NCBI GenBank assembly: GCA_951406725.2
Contig: OX597827.1
Span: forward strand, 11,408,001 to 11,472,000
Length of the DNA stretch: 64,000 bases
Direction: 5' to 3'
Origin: Octopus vulgaris
Lineage: Eukaryota
The position numbers and the translations under genes are program-made. Below the pieces are notes generated by a model, which had not been told where the DNA came from, made no database searches, and saw only the letters and a list, made by a program, of their open reading frames with translations. Shown here in pieces: positions 59,166 to 64,000 of this stretch (the first letter of the stretch is position 1; each line of letters opens with the position of its first letter).

Positions 59166-59588
59166 GGATCTTTTCGGTTTGAACGGCAGATTTTTTTTTA
59201 AATAATTTCCAAGTAACTAAACAACTTTTAAATTTTGTATACTGGTAGAATGTGTTTATAAAACATCTTTTTCTCTTGGCTTTATTGAGAAAATTCTATA
59301 GTTTGTAAGATATTTGTTGTTTTTTTATTCAATTTCTGCAATTTCAACCAATCAATGACGTCTATTGAGGTGAAAACATTCCGTGCCATTTGAAAATGTC
59401 CCTCGTTTAAGAAACAGATTGGGCTTATCTACATTTCTGAAGAAAAAATATACCCTTCCCCGAACCTAACCCTAACCCTAACCCTAAAATAGATTGAAAT
59501 GCAATAGATCGATACTAGGGTCATAATTATGGGTGACAATTTCATATAACACCGCTAGAAAAAACTGCCGTTCAAACTGAAAAGATCC
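59166..59588. mobile_element. MITE with 24-bp TIRs and 8-bp TSD (Merlin-like)
   Basis: GGATCTTTTCGGTTTGAACGGCAG / CTGCCGTTCAAACTGAAAAGATCC. TSD ATAATATC (59158-59165, 59589-59596). Internal (CCCTAA)n at 59465-59487. Confidence 0.85.
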
Positions 59589-59724
59589 ATAATATCTCTG
59601 TGTTGTACTTAGACTTGTGTTGTTAGAATTAGCCATTTTACTATGTTCTGTGCTTGATATACACTTATAAAATCCTTACCTTATGTTTTTAATATTGCTT
59701 GCATTATTATAACATTTTATATCA

Positions 59725-60088
59725 AGGTAGTTAGCTAGCAGAATCGTTAGTATGCCAGTAAATGCTTAGCAGCATTTCATTTGTCTTTACATTCCGATGT
59801 CAAATTCTGCTGAGGTCAGTATTGCCCTTCATCCCTCTGCAGGTCAATAAAATAATAATCAGGCAAGCATTGATATCAATGTAATCAACTTGTCCCCTCC
59901 ACCGAAATTCTCTAGCCTTGTGCAAAGATTTGAAACCATGTGTCAATGTTTTGATAATGTGCATTATATGAGATGCTACAGGCATGGCTGTGCGGTAAGA
60001 AGCTTGCTTCAAAACTACATTGTTTCAGGTTCAGTCCCACTGCATGGCATCTTGGGCGAGTATCTTCTAATATAGTTCTGGGCCAATC

Positions 60089-60090
<2 letters not shown>
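59725..60090 (+). mobile_element. Degenerate SINE B followed by SINE A head
   Basis: Recognisable head and central motifs. Confidence 0.6.
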
Positions 60091-60175
<85 letters not shown>

Positions 60176-60598
60176 TATATAGATATGAACACGCACACAC
60201 ATACATACACACATATATAAGTATATATATTCACATATCTACTTATATATATAACTTCTTTGCTGGAGTAAGAATGGCATGTTCTTTATCTATCTCCTTA
60301 ACTTCTTGGAGATTTTAGGTATAATTATACTAATGTGTCCATCTGTTCTAATTCAATTAAATTCTATGTCTTTGTGCAGCTGAGGATTGCTCTGCATTTT
60401 AAATTGATGTAATGATTGCATTGTTCAATTAAATGGAGTTGCATGAAACAATCATACTGCATTACCTTTGGATATCCTTGTTGCTTATTTTGATTTTAAT
60501 CACTTTATTTTGAAATTGTATGGATAATACCGTACTAAATTCTGGTGCCTCAACTTAAGTACCATATTCATCTGAATCTAAATTTTTGCTGAACTCAT

Positions 60599-60637
<39 letters not shown>

Positions 60638-60641
<4 letters not shown>

Positions 60642-60850
60642 ATCCAAACAAGAAAGCACAAAAAAACACAGCAACGCGAGGACATGGAACAAATATAGTA
60701 TTATTGGACGCTCAAGAAAGAAGGAAAGAAGGAGGGTTTAACGTTTCGAGTGGCGCTCTTCAACGGAAACATAGGAGAAGGAAAGATCCAGAGAAGGGAA
60801 GACAGAGGAAAAAAATTGCCAACAGTACATACGCGGTCACATTTTGAAAT

Positions 60851-60853
<3 letters not shown>
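60638..60853 (-). mobile_element. TA-embedded hammerhead element (motif 60736-60770, core CCGTTGA)
   Basis: Reverse complement of 61101-61303 and 46502-46708. Confidence 0.78.
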
Positions 60854-60904
<51 letters not shown>

Positions 60905-60908
60905 AATG

Positions 60909-60960
<52 letters not shown>

Positions 60961-61100
60961 TCTATCTACGCACACACACACACACAATCTGTGGCCTTTG
61001 TAATGGTTACATTCGGATGTGCTTTTAATGTTCCACTGGCATGAGAGCCAATCAGGAAGTACTATCATCGGCCACATCAGCGATTATATATATATATATA

Positions 61101-61299
61101 TGACCTTGTGAGTACCGCCAGCGATTTTTTTTCCTCTGTCTTCCTTTCTCGGGATCTTTCCTTCTCCTATGTTTCTGACGAAGAGCTCCGCTCGAAATGT
61201 TAAACCCTCCTTCTTCCCTTCTTTCCTGAGCGTCCAATAATACTTTATTTGTTCCACGTCCTCGTGTTGCTGTGTTTTTTTGTGTTTTCTTGTTTGGAT

Positions 61300-61303
<4 letters not shown>
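61101..61303 (+). mobile_element. TA-embedded hammerhead element (motif 61171-61205)
   Basis: gttt-CTGACGA-a-gagc(tcc)gctc-GAAA-tg-T-T-aaac; canonical core. Confidence 0.8.
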
Positions 61304-61343
<40 letters not shown>

Positions 61344-61733
61344 GCATAGCTTAATAGTTTGAGCATTGCACTCATGATTGTAAGATTGCAGCTTTAACTC
61401 CTGCACCTGGTGATATGTTGAGTTCTTGATCAAAACATTTGCATTCTTATTTCCTCAGTTGCCAAAATGAATAATCCTGAGACAGACCAACGTTCCTTCC
61501 AGGAGGGGAATACATACACCACAGAATCCAGGAAACCAGGGAGGACCTTTGAAGCAATATAGTAATATATGGACCGCTGTCATTATCAACAAATATTCCA
61601 GTTATTCAATCAGCTGAAGTGCATACTCATTAGATTTTAGTGTAAGTGGCTGAATATTGTAGCCTCAACATAATCATCGGAAATAATCAGTAATATACAG
61701 CGGTGAATAACAAGCCTGGTCTTTTGAGTAACA

Positions 61734-61795
<62 letters not shown>

Positions 61796-62016
61796 TATAT
61801 CCACAACTAAACATTATTTTCATACAAATAAATATGCTGATATATTTATTCACAGATACGTATGCGTCTAAATGCTAATATAAAATGTATCAAAAGGAAA
61901 AATTAATAAAACATCATTATCACCTCCGCTAATATGAATACATCCTAAACATCAAAACAATATCATTCTGGAACGGAGAAGTTCATTATAATGCCAACGA
62001 TAATTGCAATGCATAC

Positions 62017-62060
<44 letters not shown>

Positions 62061-62067
62061 CATACAT

Positions 62068-62122
<55 letters not shown>

Positions 62123-62129
62123 CATACAT

Positions 62130-62181
<52 letters not shown>

Positions 62182-62739
62182 ATATATAAGCATACATACA
62201 TTATATATATATATATATATATATATGTAGTTCTAGTGAAGAGAGTTAAGCCTTAATGAGAGAGATATTAATGAAAAAGACTTCGTAATAAAACAAGACA
62301 AATTAAGATTTGATATGTACAAAGATTAGTCAGTAGTGCGTGTTTTATGTGTTCTCTCGTTAAACCTATTTCTTTGAGATAACTTCCTTAATTAAAATCT
62401 CATTGGTTTTGCTGCAGACTATTTTGTCTGTTTATCTATGTGATTGCTTGTACTATGATTGTGAAATCACGCATTGCTCCAGTATGGTTTCAGTGGTAAT
62501 GGTCGAAGCAAACTCTAACCATTTAGTTTTTTGTTCTTTTGTATTTGGTTTTGGTTTTGAGGAAGAAATTGTGTGCATGGGCCTTTTTTTGATCTTCAAT
62601 GACTGGTGAATAATTGTAAGTGGCTGCATATTCCACAGATAAGTGTCTGTTTAATGTTAATTTTCAGACCAAATCAGTATGAAACAATGTAACAAGGCAG
62701 AACATTTATATTAGAGATAAAAACGTAAGGGAGGAAGGC

Positions 62740-62893
62740 TGAGAGAGAGAGTGAGAGAGAGGGAGGGAGAGAGAGAGAAAGAAAGAGAGAGAAAGAGAGA
62801 GCGAGAGAGACAGAGAGAGAGAGAGAAAGAGGGAGAGAAAGAGAGAGAGACAGACAGACAGAGACAGAGACAGAGAGATAGAGAGAGACAGAC

Positions 62894-62924
<31 letters not shown>

Positions 62925-62967
62925 CAGACAGACAGAGACAGACACACAGACAGACAGACAGACAGAC

Positions 62968-63000
<33 letters not shown>

Positions 63001-63150
63001 GAGAAACAGAGAGAGAGAGAAACAGACAGACAGATAGGCAGAGACAGAGACAGAGAGACAGAGAGACAGGGAGAGAGACAAAGAGAGAGAGGAAGAGAGA
63101 ATGACAGACAGACTGACAGGTAGAGATAAAAAGACAGTGAGAGAGGGAGA
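62740..63150. repeat. (GA)n/(GACA)n tract
   Basis: Direct reading. Confidence 0.95.
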
Positions 63151-63210
63151 AGAATCAACATCAGTACTTGATTGTACTTTATTTATGAGACCCTAGAAGT
63201 AAGAAAAGCA

Positions 63211-63248
<38 letters not shown>

Positions 63249-63254
63249 CTATAT

Positions 63255-63702
63255 AAGTATTCATGTTCACATGTGTGCACGTGTGTGCAATATGCATGTG
63301 TATATGCAGGTTTGCGTGTGTGCCATGTGTGCATGTATGTGCATGTGTGTATACATGTGTGTGCATATGTGTTTGCATGTGTGTGTGCATGTGCATGCAG
63401 ATGTGTGTTCACATGTGTATGCACGTACATATGCACATGTTTGCAGTTGTATGTGCATGTGCTTATAGCATGTGCACGAATGTGTACATGTGTACATGTG
63501 CATGTACATTTACATGCATGTGTGCACACAAATGCAATATGTATGTGCATGTGTATACATATAGATGCATATGTGTGTATATGTATGTACATGTGCTTGT
63601 ACATATACATGTAAATGCATGTGTATGCAGTTGTGTAATCGTGTATGAGTGTGCTTGTGCATGTATGTATGCACATATGTATGTGTGTACCATGTGCTTC
63701 AT
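63255..63702. repeat. Degenerate alternating purine-pyrimidine (TG/CA/TA) tract
   Basis: Direct reading. Confidence 0.9.
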
Positions 63703-64000
63703 ATAACACCTCTAGTTAAAATTAGAAAATTGGTGTTGTATCAAAAATGCATTAACAATTCAATAAAGGAGAGATCAATAAAATTAGTATCACACTGATA
63801 TACTACCTGGGTCAATAGGATCAATTAAAAATCTTCAAAGTCAGTGCTCCAGCATGACCGCAAACTAGCAAGACTTGAACTCAGAATGCAGAATCAGGAT
63901 GAACTACATATGGTATTCTAATCTGGCATTTTAACGACACTGCTTTCCAGATGCACTCACTGGACATACATAAGAACGCAGATGCATACGCACATGCACA

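Noticed and set aside
62020-62226. Repeat-spacer-like pattern (aagcatacatacatt separated by TA runs)
   Set aside because: This is a microsatellite slippage duplication in a eukaryote, not a CRISPR array.

Overview
AT-rich, microsatellite-saturated eukaryotic non-coding DNA. The SINE families and repeat landscape look like a coleoid cephalopod, most likely Octopus (inference). No intact protein-coding gene is supportable: almost every ORF in the track is a translated microsatellite or SINE. The window contains three tRNA-head SINE families and an RTE-type tail element, piggyBac-, hAT- and Merlin-like MITEs, a non-autonomous Helitron, a solo LTR with a 5-bp TSD, a cluster of R4/Dong-type LINE 3' fragments in (TAA)n arrays, and a Tc1/mariner transposase fragment. 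The main observation is a diverse set of about 15 short non-coding elements from roughly ten unrelated sequence families, mostly embedded in (TA)n tracts. Each carries a type I minimal hammerhead ribozyme fold: CUGANGA or CCGANGA core, stem II, GAAA, a palindromic helix III, UH and a closing stem I. Several are asymmetric head-to-head fold-back palindromes with a consistent polarity, and one is a ~180-bp tandem repeat. This points to a system of non-autonomous Penelope-like/retrozyme elements targeting TA microsatellites. All folds were read by eye and no searches were run.
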